A stretch of DNA of 64,000 nt from Alphaproteobacteria bacterium (GCA_021151765.1 JAGKWR010000002.1:49918-113917); one strand, 5' to 3'. Shown: positions 1 to 13,457, counted from the stretch's first letter. Notes: generated from the letters alone by a model not told the origin. Made by a program: numbers and translations.

Positions 1-1047
1 TACAATCAAGCCGTTACAAATAACGCAAGCGTCAATAATAACAAACCAGCAATTCCGGTTACAACTATTTCCGTTACTAAACAAAAAGTACAACTTTACG
101 TTGATTTACCGGGACGCGTTAATGCCAAAAAAATCGCTCAAGTTCGTCCTCAAATTGATGGCGTAATTAAAGCTATTAAATTCACCGAAGGTGCTTTGGT
201 GAAGCAAGGTCAACCACTTTATCAAATTGATTCTGAAATTTATAACGCTGCTGTTAAAGGCAACGAAGCCAATGTTAAAGCACTTACAGCCAAAAGAAAT
301 CGTTACAAAATTTTGCTTGAGCAAGATGCTGTCAGTAAACAAGAATTTGATGATATTGAAGCTAGCCTTGATCAAGCAAAATCAGAAGCTTCTAAAGCTA
401 AGAAAAATCTCGATTACACCAAAGTTCTCGCCCCGATTTCTGGTTTTATCGGCAAAACAAATTACACGGAAGGCGCTTTAGTCACCGCTAATCAAGCCGA
501 TGCCCTCACTACAATCGTGCAGCTTGATCCAATCTACGTTGATTTAGAACAACCAGCTCAAGAAGTGATCGCGGGCGGCAATCGCAAAGAAATTCCTGTC
601 AGTTTGATTGCTGATGATCCGAGCAATCGTCTGATCGGTAAATTAAAATTCTCTGAAATGTTTGTTGATGAAAGCACAGATTCAATTCGTCTTCGCGCCG
701 AATTTTCTAACAAAAACCAAAAATTATTACCGGGAATGTTTGTCAGCGCAAAACTTCATTTAGCACCTTTCGCAGCAGTTACTGTGCCGCAACGCGTTAC
801 AACTAGAACTCCTGACGGAAAATTAATGGTTTGGGTTGTACAAAGTGACAACACCGTCAAAGCTAAAATAATCAAAGCTGAAAAAATCTTTAATGATTCT
901 TGGATTGTCCAAGAAGGCTTGGAAGAAGGTGAAGTTGTAGTTTACGAGGGAATTCAAAAAATTTCTGAAGGTGCGAAAGTAGTAGCAACTCCGGCCCAAA
1001 CTGAAGAAACAAAACCGACAGAAAACAAATCAGAAGCAAAAAAATAA
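1..1047 (+). CDS. RND efflux membrane fusion (periplasmic adaptor) protein, AcrA/MexA family; 5' end lies outside the window
   Basis: The reading frame is open from position 1 (YNQAVTNN...), in frame with ORF 196..1047. The product has lipoyl/beta-barrel adaptor-like sequence. It sits immediately upstream of an RND permease, with stop TAA 1045-1047 and the next ATG at 1049. Confidence 0.8.
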   Translation, partial: YNQAVTNNASVNNNKPAIPVTTISVTKQKVQLYVDLPGRVNAKKIAQVRPQIDGVIKAIKFTEGALVKQGQPLYQIDSEIYNAAVKGNEANVKALTAKRNRYKILLEQDAVSKQEFDDIEASLDQAKSEASKAKKNLDYTKVLAPISGFIGKTNYTEGALVTANQADALTTIVQLDPIYVDLEQPAQEVIAGGNRKEIPVSLIADDPSNRLIGKLKFSEMFVDESTDSIRLRAEFSNKNQKLLPGMFVSAKLHLAPFAAVTVPQRVTTRTPDGKLMVWVVQSDNTVKAKIIKAEKIFNDSWIVQEGLEEGEVVVYEGIQKISEGAKVVATPAQTEETKPTENKSEAKK

Positions 1048-1048
1048 C

Positions 1049-4000
1049 ATGTCTAATTTTTTCATTGATCGTCCAATATTTTCTTGGGTTCTAGCAATAA
1101 TAATAATGATGGCTGGAGCTTTGGCACTTTTAAAAATGCCAATCGAGCAATATCCAAACATTGCAGCGCCTGCGGTTACAATTTCAACATCACTGCCTGG
1201 TGCATCAGCACAAACCTTGGAAAATAGTGTTACCCAAGTAATTGAGCAAAGTTTAACAGGTATCGACAATGTGCGCTATTTCTCTTCTGCAAGCGACTCT
1301 GATGGTAACGTTACTATTACTTTAACTTTTGAGCCAAAAACTAATCCAGATATTGCTCAGGTTCAGGTACAAAATCGTTTACAATCTGCAATGCCTTTAT
1401 TGCCTCAAGAAGTTCAGCAACAAGGGGTTCGAGTTCGCAAATCTAACAATAACTTCTTGGTTGTCGTCAGCCTTTACTCTGAAGATGACTCATTAAATGA
1501 AGGTGAACTTGGGGATATTTTATTATCTGACATTAAAGATTCTATTTCGCGTATTAACGGTGTTGGAGACGTAACTACATTTGGTAACCCGCGTGCAATG
1601 CGTATTTGGCTTAATCCCCAAAAATTATATAATTATAAACTTACTACCTCTGAAGTAATAAGTGCCATAAAAGCACAAAACGCCGATGTTTCGGCTGGTC
1701 AACTTGGAGGATTACCTTCTGTAAAAGGACAACAATTAAACGCTACTATCACTTCTCAGTCAAAACTTAGAACGGTTGATGAGTTCAAAAAAATAATTGT
1801 TAAATCAAGTAAAACCGGAGCCTCAGTCCGTTTAAAAGATGTAGCAACAGTCGAACTTGGTCTTCTAAGTTATAGCACAGAAGCAAGATATAAAAAACAT
1901 CCAGCTGCTGGTATGGCTGTAATTCTAGCTTCAGGTGCTAATGCTCTTAAAACTGCAGAAGCTGTTAAAAGTAAAATGACAGAAATGTCACAAAACTTAC
2001 CAAAAGGTGTAAAAGTTATCTATCCTTATGACTCAACTCCTTTCATCAAATTGTCTATTGCTGGAGTTGTTGAAACATTACTTGAAGCCATATTTTTGGT
2101 ATTTTTGGTAATGTTTTTATTTTTACAAAACTTCCGCGCTACTTTGATTCCAACTATTGCTGTACCAGTTGTATTACTCGGTACATTAGGAATTTTATTC
2201 TCATTTGGTTATACAATTAATACTCTAACCATGTTTGCCATGGTTTTAGCTATTGGTTTGTTGGTTGATGATGCCATTGTTGTTGTTGAAAACGTTGAGC
2301 GTATCATGCATGAAGAAGGTTTATCGCCACAAGATGCAACCCGAAAATCAATGAAACAAATCACCGGAGCATTAATCGGTATCGCCATGGTATTGTCTGC
2401 TGTGTTTATTCCTATGGCATTTTTTGGTGGATCAGCTGGTGCAATTTATCGCCAATTCTCTATCACCATCGTTTCTTCAATGGGCCTTTCTGTTTTGGTG
2501 GCGCTTGTTTTATCTCCGTCTCTTTGCGCAACAATTCTTAAACCACAGACAAAACATACCAAAATATCAAACAATAAATTCATCGACTACTTCAACAAGA
2601 AACTCGATTTATTACGTAATTTTTACAGCAATTCTTCAAACATAATTATCAAACGCAGTTCTAGATTTTTGATAATTTATGGAGTTTTGATCATTGGAAT
2701 TGTTGGACTATTCCGTTTCTTACCAACATCATTTTTGCCTACTGAAGATCAGGGTATGATGTACTTAATGGTTAATACACCAAGTGGTTCAACGCTTGAA
2801 CGCACTGCTGAAAGTTTACACAAAGTTGAAGATTATTTCTTAACCAATGAAAAGGATAATGTTGAGCATTTGTTTACTGTATCTGGTTTTAGTTTTGCTG
2901 GACGAGGACAAAATGCTGGTTTCGGATTTATTGGCTTAAAAGATTGGAGCCAAAGAGAAAAACCAGATCAAACTGTTATGGCGATCTCTGGTCGCGCAAT
3001 GGGAGCACTTTCTCAAATTAAAGATGCTTTTGTTTTCACTTTTTTTCCACCACCAATTCGTGAATTGGGCAACGCTTCTGGATTTGACTTACAATTACTT
3101 GATCGCGGCGGTTTGGGCCACGAGGCTTTGATGGCAGCACGTAATCAACTATTGGGTATGGCTTCAAAAAATCCTTTATTGATCGGTGTTCGCCCTAATG
3201 GTTTGAACGATATGGCTCAGTATAAATTGGATATTGATTACCAAAAAGCCACTGCTCTGGGAATTTCAATTTCTGACATAAACTCCACCCTTCAAACTGC
3301 TTTAGGCTCAACTTATGTCAATGACTTCATCGACAAAGGAAGAGTTAAAAAGGTTTATTTACAAGGCGAAGCTGAGTCTCGTATGAATCCAACCGATTTA
3401 CAAAAATGGTATGTTAAAAACTCGGATGGAAAAATGGTTTCATTCTCAAGTTTTGCAACTTCTCGTTGGACATTCGGCTCTCCGAAATTAGAACGCTTCA
3501 ACGGTATTTCTTCAGTTAACATCCAAGGTGGCCCTGTTCCTGGAGTCAGTTCTGGAACTGCAATGTTAGAGATGGAGAAAATGATTAAGCAATTACCAGC
3601 AGGCATTGATTTTGCTTGGTCAGGACTTTCTTATGAAGAAAAAGCTTCTGGATCACAAACTCTAGCTCTTTATATCATTTCATTGATCGTAGTTTTCTTG
3701 TCACTAGCAGCTTTGTACGAAAGTTGGTCTGTTCCATTTTCAGTAATTTTAGTTGTACCTTTCGGTATTTTCGGCGCTTTGCTCGCTTCAACAATTTTCC
3801 AAATGAGTAATGACGTTTACTTCCAAGTAGGTTTACTAACGACAATTGGCTTATCTGCGAAAAACGCGATTCTGATCGTCGAATTTGCTAAAAGCTTGTA
3901 TGACCAAGGTGAAGAAATGGTCTCCGCTACAATCCAAGCAATTAAGTTACGTTTCCGTCCAATTATCATGACTTCAATGGCTTTCATGCTTGGTATCACT

Positions 4001-4159
4001 CCTTTGGCGATTGCTCACGGAGCTGGTTCTGCAAGTCAAAGAGCGATCGGTATCGGCGTTATGGGCGGCATGATTGCGGCAACATTTTTAGCTACATTAT
4101 TCGTTCCGCTATTCTTCGTTATCGTTCAAAAATTCGCTAAAAAATTAGCTAAATCATAA
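1049..4159 (+). CDS. RND multidrug efflux permease (AcrB/MexB family, 1036 aa)
   Basis: Length and 12-TM architecture fit the family. Motifs such as '[15 protein letters not shown]' and '[11 protein letters not shown]' are typical of the HAE1 RND family. It lies in an operon with the adaptor and an OMF gene. Confidence 0.9.
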   Translation: MSNFFIDRPIFSWVLAIIIMMAGALALLKMPIEQYPNIAAPAVTISTSLPGASAQTLENSVTQVIEQSLTGIDNVRYFSSASDSDGNVTITLTFEPKTNPDIAQVQVQNRLQSAMPLLPQEVQQQGVRVRKSNNNFLVVVSLYSEDDSLNEGELGDILLSDIKDSISRINGVGDVTTFGNPRAMRIWLNPQKLYNYKLTTSEVISAIKAQNADVSAGQLGGLPSVKGQQLNATITSQSKLRTVDEFKKIIVKSSKTGASVRLKDVATVELGLLSYSTEARYKKHPAAGMAVILASGANALKTAEAVKSKMTEMSQNLPKGVKVIYPYDSTPFIKLSIAGVVETLLEAIFLVFLVMFLFLQNFRATLIPTIAVPVVLLGTLGILFSFGYTINTLTMFAMVLAIGLLVDDAIVVVENVERIMHEEGLSPQDATRKSMKQITGALIGIAMVLSAVFIPMAFFGGSAGAIYRQFSITIVSSMGLSVLVALVLSPSLCATILKPQTKHTKISNNKFIDYFNKKLDLLRNFYSNSSNIIIKRSSRFLIIYGVLIIGIVGLFRFLPTSFLPTEDQGMMYLMVNTPSGSTLERTAESLHKVEDYFLTNEKDNVEHLFTVSGFSFAGRGQNAGFGFIGLKDWSQREKPDQTVMAISGRAMGALSQIKDAFVFTFFPPPIRELGNASGFDLQLLDRGGLGHEALMAARNQLLGMASKNPLLIGVRPNGLNDMAQYKLDIDYQKATALGISISDINSTLQTALGSTYVNDFIDKGRVKKVYLQGEAESRMNPTDLQKWYVKNSDGKMVSFSSFATSRWTFGSPKLERFNGISSVNIQGGPVPGVSSGTAMLEMEKMIKQLPAGIDFAWSGLSYEEKASGSQTLALYIISLIVVFLSLAALYESWSVPFSVILVVPFGIFGALLASTIFQMSNDVYFQVGLLTTIGLSAKNAILIVEFAKSLYDQGEEMVSATIQAIKLRFRPIIMTSMAFMLGITPLAIAHGAGSASQRAIGIGVMGGMIAATFLATLFVPLFFVIVQKFAKKLAKS

Positions 4160-4164
4160 GCCCA

Positions 4165-5580
4165 ATGAAAAAAATCGAAAAATCTCGCAATTTACTGTTA
4201 ACAACAACTGCACTTTCTGCTCTTGTTTTAGGCTCTTGCACCATGGCGCCAAAATATGAAACGCCAAAAGCGCCAGTTCCTTTTGAAGCTGCACAAAACG
4301 CTAATAAGAAAAAAATCGCTTTAGTTTCATGGCAGGAATATTTCCAATCTCCTGATTTACAACGCGTTATTCAACTTGCTTTGGATCACAATCGCGATTT
4401 GAAAACAGCAGCTTTAAACATTGAAGTCGCTGAAGGAACTTACGGCGTTTCACGCTCAAATTTATTGCCTACAATTACCGGCACTGCTGCGGAAACACGT
4501 CAAGGCGTTCCTAGCGGATTTGCCAGCTTCACTCCAAAAAGACAATATCGTGCTAACGTTGGATTCACCTCTTACGAAGTTGATTTGTTTGGCAGATTAC
4601 GCAGCTTGAAACAATCAGCTTGGCAAGATTATTTGTCGACGCAAACAGCTGCTGAAATCACCAAAATCAGTGTGATTGCGCAAACTGCTAATGCTTACAC
4701 TCAATATTTGCTTGATCGTCAACTTTTAGAAAACTCACAAAAAACTGTACAAGCGCAACAAAAACGTTACGACTTTGTCAAAACTCGTTACGAAAATGGC
4801 ATCGATTCGCAAGCAACTTTGCTCAATAGCGAAGCATTGTTGGAAACTGCCAAAACCAATGTCGAAACTTACAAAAAATTACTCGCCCAGGACAAAACAG
4901 CTTTAATGGCTTTAACTGGCGTGTTTTATGAAAGCTCAGTTCCGCAAGATAGTACAATTAACGACATTAAAATTAATGAAGATCTTCTTGATTTTGTGCC
5001 GTCCTCAAACTTGCTTTTGCGTCCCGACATTAAACAAGCTGAACATAATTTAAAAAGTGCGAATGCTAATATTGGTGCTGCTCGCGCTGCATTTTTCCCG
5101 AGCATCACTTTAACTGGAACTTATGGTTATGGTTCAAGAAATCTTGATAGTTTATGGGATAATCGCAGCTGGACTTTCACACCGCAAATCAACCTGCCTT
5201 TATTCTCCGGTGGCCGCAATATTGCCAATCTTGATATTGCTAACGCGCGTAAAAACTTACAAATTGTCGCTTACGAAAAAGCTATTCAAACCGCATTCAA
5301 AGAGGCAGCAGACGCTTTAACCGAAAGAAAATCAGTCGTTAATCAAGTTGATTCTTATAACAAAATTTTAGCTGCACGCCAAAAATCGTTAAATATTTCT
5401 GATGCTCAACATCAAGCTGGCAGCATCAGCGGACTTGATATTGTTGATAGCGAAATTTCTTTTTATGCAGCGCAACAAAGCCAATTGGCCGCAAAAAAAG
5501 ATTTGATCGTGAACCTGATCACACTTTACAAAGTGATGGGCGGCGGCTCGGAAGTTGCTGAACAAAGTAGCAAAAAATAA
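4165..5580 (+). CDS. Outer membrane efflux lipoprotein (OprM/NodT/TolC family)
   Basis: It has a lipobox (LGSC) and a 471-aa product with the two-repeat OMF pattern ending '...LYKVMGGG'. It is the third gene of the RND operon. Confidence 0.85.
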   Translation: MKKIEKSRNLLLTTTALSALVLGSCTMAPKYETPKAPVPFEAAQNANKKKIALVSWQEYFQSPDLQRVIQLALDHNRDLKTAALNIEVAEGTYGVSRSNLLPTITGTAAETRQGVPSGFASFTPKRQYRANVGFTSYEVDLFGRLRSLKQSAWQDYLSTQTAAEITKISVIAQTANAYTQYLLDRQLLENSQKTVQAQQKRYDFVKTRYENGIDSQATLLNSEALLETAKTNVETYKKLLAQDKTALMALTGVFYESSVPQDSTINDIKINEDLLDFVPSSNLLLRPDIKQAEHNLKSANANIGAARAAFFPSITLTGTYGYGSRNLDSLWDNRSWTFTPQINLPLFSGGRNIANLDIANARKNLQIVAYEKAIQTAFKEAADALTERKSVVNQVDSYNKILAARQKSLNISDAQHQAGSISGLDIVDSEISFYAAQQSQLAAKKDLIVNLITLYKVMGGGSEVAEQSSKK

Positions 5581-5954
5581 TTTTTAATCTTTGTAGCAAA
5601 GCGTCACAAGACACGCTCCGCCTTGCAAAAATCAATATTCGTATTTCAAAGGAAAATACGAATAATTTTGTTTGAGTTATTCCTAGCATTTAGAATTTAT
5701 TACTCTTTAATGCGCGGCCGCACCACGTTTCAATTTTGATGCACAACTTTAGAAGACCAAACACTTAAAACCCTCTTTTGCAAATCAAAGCAAAGATAAG
5801 TAATTCGGAAATACCTCTCAGGTGTAACAAACTAACGAATTTATTGATCGATTTTATCGCGATTTTTCAGTTAAAAACTATCAACAACAGTTAGTTTGAT
5901 ATAAAGCCAATCAAGGCTTCGTGCAATTTTTAAAAGCAGTTTAAATTTAACTAA

Positions 5955-7877
5955 ATGACTACATTCCAAGAAATCGGATTAAATCCGAAAATCCTTTCAG
6001 CCCTTGAAAGCAAAGGCTATACAACCCCTACTCCTATTCAACTTCAAGCAATTCCGCACTCTCTTGCTGGAAAAGACGTTTTAGGAATCGCGCAAACTGG
6101 AACTGGCAAAACCGCCGCTTTCTCTTTGCCAATCATTCATAATTTAGCACAAAATTCTGGTTCAGTTGGCAACGGCTCAATTCGCGCTTTAATTCTTACT
6201 CCAACTCGTGAATTGGCATCTCAAATTGCTGATCAAATCGAACTTTACGGTAAAGACTTAAATCTGCGTCACGCTGTAATTTTTGGCGGCGTTTCTGAAC
6301 GTCCACAAATCGCTGAATTACAACGCGGTGTCGATATTTTGATCGCAACTCCGGGCAGACTTTTGGATCTTGCCACTCAAGGTTACATTCGTTTCATGAA
6401 GCTCGAAATTTTCGTTCTTGATGAAGCTGATCGTATGCTCGACATGGGTTTCATCAACGATATCAAAAAAATCATCGCGCGCATTCCAGATCGTAAACAA
6501 ACTTTGTTTTTCTCGGCAACAATGCCAACAGCAATCAATGATTTGGCTAACTCGATTTTGAAAGATCCAATCAAAGTTGAAGTTACTCCTCAATCTACAA
6601 CTGTTGAGCGCATCGCCCAAAAAGTTATGTTTGTTGAAAAATCTAACAAATCGGCTTTGTTAAAACGCATCATCAAAGAAGAAGAAATTCAAAGCGTTTT
6701 GGTATTTTGCAAAACCAAACATGGTTCTGATCGCATCCAAGAATTTTTGTTACGCAATTCAATCAAAGTTGTAGCCATTCACGGTAACAAATCACAAGGC
6801 GCACGTGAAAAAGCGTTGGAAGCATTCCGCAACGGCAGTGCACAAGTTATGATTGCAACTGACATCGCAGCTCGCGGTATCGACATTCCAGCAATCAGCC
6901 ACGTAATTAATTACGACATTCCGATGGATCCAGAAAGCTACGTTCATCGTATTGGTCGTACAGCTCGTGCTGGTCGTGAAGGTATTGCTATTTCTTTTTG
7001 CGATCCAAGCGAAACCAAACTTTTGCAAGCAGTAGAAAAAACCATCAACTACAAAATTCCTGTTGATGAAACTCACCCATTCCATGGAGTTGAAGCAGCT
7101 CCAACATCACGCGAGTCAAAACGTGATGACCGTGAATTCAGTGAAGAAAGAGTTCGTCGTAATTTCGGTCACTCACAAAATCGTGAAAAAGGTGATCGTC
7201 CAGAACGCGACAGCCGCAACAATAATCGTTCATCTCAAAGTGAAGACAGACGCGGTAATGAAAGACGTAGCCGTTCTTCTCAAGGCGAAGATAGACGTGG
7301 CAATGAAAGACGCGGTGAAGAAAGACAAGGTGATGATAGAAGAAGAGATCCAAAAAATAATGATCGTCGTTCTAACAATCGCGACAATCGCCGTCCGCGT
7401 GATAAGCAAGACGGTTCAAAAACTGGCTTGCTTGATTTCATCGGTTTTGGTCGCAAAAAAACTGACAATAAAAGTCGTCGTGAAAATCGTCCACACATCA
7501 CCAAAAATGGCGATTTCTTGAGCATCAACGAAAAGAAAGAAAATAAATTCGGCTTTAGTTGGTTCAGAAACAAAAAAGACGACGATTTCAGCATTGGTGG
7601 TGAATCTCGATCGGATAATTTCAGAAGTGGCGGTCGTAGCAGCCAAGGTGAACGCGGCAACCGCAGAAGCGACAATAACCAAAATCGCAGCAGTGGCAAT
7701 AATCGCTCTCAAGCAAGAAGTGGCGATAATCGTTCACAATCACGCAGTGGCGGTGGTAATGGTCGCTCTGAGGGTCGTTCTGAAGGTCGCTCAGAAGGTC
7801 GTTTTGGCGGAAATAATCGTGGTAATTCTAGTCGTAGCAACGACGGCAACCGCGGCGGCAATTTCCGTAAGTGGTAA
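5955..7877 (+). CDS. rhlE: DEAD-box ATP-dependent RNA helicase (RhlE-like) with a ~270-aa Arg/Gly/Ser/Asp-rich C-terminal tail
   Basis: Q-motif, GTGKT (Walker A), DEAD, SAT and HRIGRTAR motifs are present. The C-terminus is low complexity (RRGNERR..., GRSEGRSEGRSEGR). Confidence 0.9.
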   Translation: MTTFQEIGLNPKILSALESKGYTTPTPIQLQAIPHSLAGKDVLGIAQTGTGKTAAFSLPIIHNLAQNSGSVGNGSIRALILTPTRELASQIADQIELYGKDLNLRHAVIFGGVSERPQIAELQRGVDILIATPGRLLDLATQGYIRFMKLEIFVLDEADRMLDMGFINDIKKIIARIPDRKQTLFFSATMPTAINDLANSILKDPIKVEVTPQSTTVERIAQKVMFVEKSNKSALLKRIIKEEEIQSVLVFCKTKHGSDRIQEFLLRNSIKVVAIHGNKSQGAREKALEAFRNGSAQVMIATDIAARGIDIPAISHVINYDIPMDPESYVHRIGRTARAGREGIAISFCDPSETKLLQAVEKTINYKIPVDETHPFHGVEAAPTSRESKRDDREFSEERVRRNFGHSQNREKGDRPERDSRNNNRSSQSEDRRGNERRSRSSQGEDRRGNERRGEERQGDDRRRDPKNNDRRSNNRDNRRPRDKQDGSKTGLLDFIGFGRKKTDNKSRRENRPHITKNGDFLSINEKKENKFGFSWFRNKKDDDFSIGGESRSDNFRSGGRSSQGERGNRRSDNNQNRSSGNNRSQARSGDNRSQSRSGGGNGRSEGRSEGRSEGRFGGNNRGNSSRSNDGNRGGNFRKW

Positions 7878-7883
7878 AAATTA

Positions 7884-7931
7884 AAGCGAGTTTCGTATGC
7901 AATTTTTGTTTTACGAAGCTCGCTTTTTTTT
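7884..7931 (+). terminator. Rho-independent terminator after rhlE
   Basis: The stem aagcgagtttcgta/tacgaagctcgctt (13 bp, one mismatch) is followed by a T8 run. Confidence 0.6.
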
Positions 7932-7966
7932 GTGCCTAAATTTCGGGGTAAAAATTTCTTAACAAA

Positions 7967-8686
7967 TTACGATTTCAATAAATCTGGACGATTCTTTTTT
8001 GTAATTGCAATCGCCTGCTCTTTGCGCCAATCGGCAATTTTTTTGTGATGACCTTGAGTTAAAACTTCAGGCACTTTTTGACCGCGCCATTCTTGGGGTT
8101 TGGTGTAGTGCGGATATTCTAATAAATTTTGATATTCTTCACTATTTGCTGATCCAAAAGATTCTTCGTGAAGCGATTCATCAGCTCCGAGCACGCCTTC
8201 CACATTACGCAAAACTGCATCAATCACAACATAAGCGGCGATTTCTCCGCCACTTAAAACGTAGTCTCCGATTGAAATTTCTTCGATTTCATATTCGTTT
8301 AAAACGCGTTGATCAACGCCTTCGTAGCGTCCGCACAATAAAATTATGCCTTCTTCTTTGGCCAATTCACGCGCAATTTTTTGAGTAAAAACTTTGCCAC
8401 GCGGTGAAAGATAAATTATTTTTGGTAATTTTTTGTAAGTCCGAATTTTGTCAAAAGACAGCGCATCATCAATTGCATCAGCGATAACATCAGCCTTCAA
8501 AACCATGCCAGCTCCGCCACCATAAGGCGTGTCGTCCACTGTTCCGCGTTTATCTTTGGCATAATTGCGAATGTTTATTGCTTCACAAGACCACAAATTT
8601 TTTTCCAAAGCAGAACCAGTAACTGAGGCAGCTAAAGGCCCTGGAAAAAGATCGGGGAAAATAGTGAGAATTTTGAAATTGATCAC
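7967..8686 (-). CDS. trmD: tRNA (guanine37-N1)-methyltransferase
   Basis: The N-terminal 'ILTIFPDLFPGPL' and the 'RYEGVDQRV' signature of the SPOUT-family TrmD are present. Confidence 0.9.
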   Translation of the reverse strand: MINFKILTIFPDLFPGPLAASVTGSALEKNLWSCEAINIRNYAKDKRGTVDDTPYGGGAGMVLKADVIADAIDDALSFDKIRTYKKLPKIIYLSPRGKVFTQKIARELAKEEGIILLCGRYEGVDQRVLNEYEIEEISIGDYVLSGGEIAAYVVIDAVLRNVEGVLGADESLHEESFGSANSEEYQNLLEYPHYTKPQEWRGQKVPEVLTQGHHKKIADWRKEQAIAITKKNRPDLLKS

Positions 8687-8695
8687 TTGTGAAAG

Positions 8696-9895
8696 TTATT
8701 TTTTAGCAAAAATTTGTTTCAACGACGCAACCGCTTTTCTGGTTTCCGCTTCATTTCTAATTAAAGAAAAACGCACAAAACCTTCACCATTAGCGCCGAA
8801 GCTGCTTCCCGGAGTCATCACAACGCCAGCTTCAAGAATCATTTTTTTACAAAAATCAAATGACGTCATATGAGAAAATTCTTGTGGCAAACGTGTCCAA
8901 ATAAACATGCTGGCTTTAGGTTTTTCAACGATCCAACCTAGTTCATTTTTCAAAAGCTCGCACAAAAATTCGCCGCGATTTTTGTAAAGAGCGCGCAGAT
9001 TTTTTAAATATTCATCACTTTTTTCAGAGAGAGCGTCCACCGCAACCATTTGCAGCGGATTAAACGAACCGTAATCGAGATAAGATTTAATTTTGTAAAG
9101 TGCGCCAATCAAAGTTGGATTTCCCACAGCAAAGCCAACACGGCATCCCGGCATTGAATAGCTTTTCGAAACGGAAGAAAATTCAATGGCAATGTCTTTA
9201 GCACCTTCAATTTCAAGGATTGAATGCGGCTTGTCTTTTTCATCAAAATAAAGTTCGCAATAAGCGATATCGGAAATGATGTAAATTTGATGTTTTTTAC
9301 AAAAATCGACGATTTCTTGATAGAACTCCAAGCCAACAATTTCAGTAGTCGGATTGCACGGATAATTCACAATAACTGCCAAAGGTTTTGGCTGATTATT
9401 AGCAACTTTTTCTTCAACTAATTTTTTAAAATCGCGCAGAAAATCTTGTGATTTAATCACCGGCAAATGCACCACGTTACTTTTCGAAAGCGCGAAAGCA
9501 AAAGTATGAATTGGATAAGCAGGTGACGGCACCACGAAATAATTGTCCGGACTAGAAATTGCGGTAGCCAAAGATGCGATACCTTCTTTAGCGCCAATTG
9601 TCACCAAAGCTTCTGACTTAGAATCAAGATCAACATTGAAGCGGCGTTTGTAATAATCACAAACTGCGTCGCGCAAAATGTGAATTCCACCAGTCACTGA
9701 ATAAGCAAATAACGAACCATCTTTTGACAATTCCGCCAAACGATCCATGACAAATTGTGGTGGCGGAGAATCTGGAGTTCCCATGCCAAAATCAATAATT
9801 TCAACGCCGTTGGCCGCCGCTTCCATTTTCAAATGATACATCGCTGCGAAAATATAAGGCGGAAGATTCTCAGTAAGGTAAAACTTATTTTGCAT
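8696..9895 (-). CDS. PLP-dependent class I aminotransferase (AlaA/DapL-like)
   Basis: It has the fold-type I aminotransferase layout with a SxSKxxxMxGxRxG lysine motif ('[16 protein letters not shown]'). It overlaps the aspS start by 11 nt. Confidence 0.75.
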   Translation of the reverse strand: MQNKFYLTENLPPYIFAAMYHLKMEAAANGVEIIDFGMGTPDSPPPQFVMDRLAELSKDGSLFAYSVTGGIHILRDAVCDYYKRRFNVDLDSKSEALVTIGAKEGIASLATAISSPDNYFVVPSPAYPIHTFAFALSKSNVVHLPVIKSQDFLRDFKKLVEEKVANNQPKPLAVIVNYPCNPTTEIVGLEFYQEIVDFCKKHQIYIISDIAYCELYFDEKDKPHSILEIEGAKDIAIEFSSVSKSYSMPGCRVGFAVGNPTLIGALYKIKSYLDYGSFNPLQMVAVDALSEKSDEYLKNLRALYKNRGEFLCELLKNELGWIVEKPKASMFIWTRLPQEFSHMTSFDFCKKMILEAGVVMTPGSSFGANGEGFVRFSLIRNEAETRKAVASLKQIFAKK

Positions 9896-11714
9896 TCGGA
9901 TTTTTCTTTATGTCGATATGAAGTTCACGAAGTTGTTTTTGGCTGACTTCCGCCGGAGCATTCATCATCAAATCTTGCGCTTTACCGTTCATCGGGAATG
10001 GAATTACTTCACGAATGTTTGGTTCATCAGCCAACAACATGATAATACGATCAATCCCCGGAGCAATACCGCCGTGTGGTGGCGCGCCATATTTAAATGC
10101 GTTTAACATAGCGCCGAATTTTTGTTCGACCACTTCGCGGCCATAACCAGCAAGCTCGAAAGCGCGATACATAATTTCTGGTTTGTGATTACGAATTGCG
10201 CCTGAAGATAATTCTACACCGTTACAAACGATGTCATATTGGAAAGCGTTAATTGTAAGCGGATCTTGCGAATTCAAGGCTTCCAAGCCACCTTGCGGCA
10301 TTGAAAATGGATTGTGAGAAAATTCAACTTTGCCAGTTTCTTCATCAAGCTCGTACATTGGGAAATCAACGATCCAGCAGAATTTATAAACTGATTCATC
10401 AATCAAACCAAGGTCTTGACCAAGTTTAATACGAACTTGTCCGGCGATTTTTGCTGCTTCCGATTTTTTACCACACGAGAAAAACACGGCGTCACCATTT
10501 TGCAAACCAGCGATTTGCTTCAATTCAGCCAATTTTTCCGCGGACAAGAATTTAGCGATCGGACCTTTTCCTTCACCATTTTCGTCGAAAATAATGTAAG
10601 CCAAACCTTTGGCGCCGTTGCCTTGAGCGAATTCGATCATTTTGTCAAAAAATGAACGCGGTTGCGCTGCACATTTCGGAGCTGGAATTGCACGAATCAA
10701 AGCACCTTGCTCAATTTGCTTGGCAAAAATTGAAAAATCTGAGCCGCGGAAAATTTCAGTAGCATCAGAAATAATGATCGGGTTACGCAGATCTGGCTTG
10801 TCGATGCCGTATTTCAACATGGCATCTTCATATTTGATGTGAACGAATTTTTCGTCAGAAGTTGTTTTGCTGCCGAATTTTTTAAAGATCGTTTTCAAAA
10901 CTGGCTCGATGGCATTGAACACGTCTTCTTGCTCAACAAACGACATTTCCATGTCGAGTTGATAAAATTCTGGAGTACGATCAGCACGTAAATCTTCATC
11001 GCGGAAACACGGCGCAATTTGGAAATAACGGTTAAAACCAGAAACCATCAATAATTGTTTGAATTGTTGCGGAGCTTGCGGCAAAGCGTAAAATCTGCCC
11101 GGATGCAAACGCGCTGGCACCAAATAATCACGAGCACCTTCCGGACTTGATGCAGTCAAAATTGGTGTTTGAATTTCCAAGAAACCTTGTTTGGTCATTT
11201 CTTCACGAATCGCTGAAATAACTTGGCTTCTAAGTACAATATTTTTGTGAGTTTTTTCACGACGCAAATCAAGGAAGCGATATTTTAAACGTAATTCTTC
11301 TGGATATTCGTTTTGATCGTTGATTTGGAACGGGATTTGTTCGGCTAAAGATTCGATCTTCAAATCGTTAACTTTAACTTCAATTTCACCTGTCGAAATT
11401 TTCGGATTCACCGCTTCTGCAGCACGTGATACAACTTCGCCAACAATTGTGATTACTGATTCAAGTTTAATTGATGCAATTTGGTCTAGGTTTAGAGCTT
11501 GATTTTGCTGGTCAATTACTACTTGCGTCAAACCAAAATGATCGCGCAAATCGATAAAAATTAAACTACCGTGATCACGTTTTGAATGAACCCAACCTGA
11601 AAGTTTTACAGTCTGTCCAACGTTATTTTTGTTAAGCTCAGAACAATTGTGTGTGCGATATTTATGCATAATTTCAAACAAAAAAAATCGGATGAGATTC
11701 ATCCGACTAAACAA
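9885..11714 (-). CDS. aspS: Aspartyl-tRNA synthetase (bacterial type, 609 aa)
   Basis: An N-terminal anticodon-binding OB fold, class II motifs ('[14 protein letters not shown]', '[14 protein letters not shown]') and the bacterial insertion domain are present. Confidence 0.92.
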   Translation of the reverse strand: MFSRMNLIRFFLFEIMHKYRTHNCSELNKNNVGQTVKLSGWVHSKRDHGSLIFIDLRDHFGLTQVVIDQQNQALNLDQIASIKLESVITIVGEVVSRAAEAVNPKISTGEIEVKVNDLKIESLAEQIPFQINDQNEYPEELRLKYRFLDLRREKTHKNIVLRSQVISAIREEMTKQGFLEIQTPILTASSPEGARDYLVPARLHPGRFYALPQAPQQFKQLLMVSGFNRYFQIAPCFRDEDLRADRTPEFYQLDMEMSFVEQEDVFNAIEPVLKTIFKKFGSKTTSDEKFVHIKYEDAMLKYGIDKPDLRNPIIISDATEIFRGSDFSIFAKQIEQGALIRAIPAPKCAAQPRSFFDKMIEFAQGNGAKGLAYIIFDENGEGKGPIAKFLSAEKLAELKQIAGLQNGDAVFFSCGKKSEAAKIAGQVRIKLGQDLGLIDESVYKFCWIVDFPMYELDEETGKVEFSHNPFSMPQGGLEALNSQDPLTINAFQYDIVCNGVELSSGAIRNHKPEIMYRAFELAGYGREVVEQKFGAMLNAFKYGAPPHGGIAPGIDRIIMLLADEPNIREVIPFPMNGKAQDLMMNAPAEVSQKQLRELHIDIKKNPNAK

Positions 11715-11804
11715 TAAAAATTCATCGCGAATGCACGAATTTACTTCGCGCGTAGCGATTCAACTTAAAATAAATTCAAAACAAAGTTTTGAATTTAACT
11801 GTAT

Positions 11805-12101
11805 TTAATAGGCATCATACGAGTTAGTTCCGCCGTGGTGCATACGATTCGGACAAACGTTACATTTCGAAGTCTTTGCCAATAAAAGCTCTAGAGCACG
11901 CGGCTCTTTCAAACAAATAAACCAAGCAATCATGTGATTGAAAGGCAATAAAATCAAAAGATAGAAGAATTTGTTTGTAATTACGAAAGCCAGCAAAGAA
12001 ACCATACCATTCAATGCTGCAAAAGTATAACTCACGCCGAGCAACATCGGAGGTCGAGTAAGACCCAAAAACAGGGGATCAGTACCGAGAGTTCCAGCCA
12101 T
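11805..12101 (-). CDS. VirB3-like small inner-membrane protein (type IV secretion/conjugation family), orphan
   Basis: The 98-aa product has two TM segments, an N-terminal 'DPLFLGLTRPPMLLGVSY' matching the VirB3 'LxKGLTRP..FGVP' signature, and a C-terminal '...GGTNSY' resembling the VirB3 tail. No virB4 or virB6 gene is adjacent. Confidence 0.5.
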   Translation of the reverse strand: MAGTLGTDPLFLGLTRPPMLLGVSYTFAALNGMVSLLAFVITNKFFYLLILLPFNHMIAWFICLKEPRALELLLAKTSKCNVCPNRMHHGGTNSYDAY

Positions 12102-12245
12102 AATTTTTCAGGAAATAAATTGACAAAGGACAGTGGCGTACATAAAACGCGCGGTCTTTAAAAAAGTCAACTCTAGTTTAGTGCTTAGCACATTGTGTCT
12201 ACCACGCATAAAAAAATAATACGCGCACTAAAAACCAACAAATAA

Positions 12246-13457
<1,212 letters not shown>

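Noticed and set aside
7063-7884. Several 70-150-aa ORFs on both strands (7063-7521+, 7138-7353-, 7280-7699-, 7416-7712-, 7594-7884+) inside the helicase 3' region
   Set aside because: They lie entirely within the low-complexity RD/RS/GN-rich tail of the DEAD-box gene. Repetitive codons keep alternative frames open, and the translations are compositionally odd with no independent signals.
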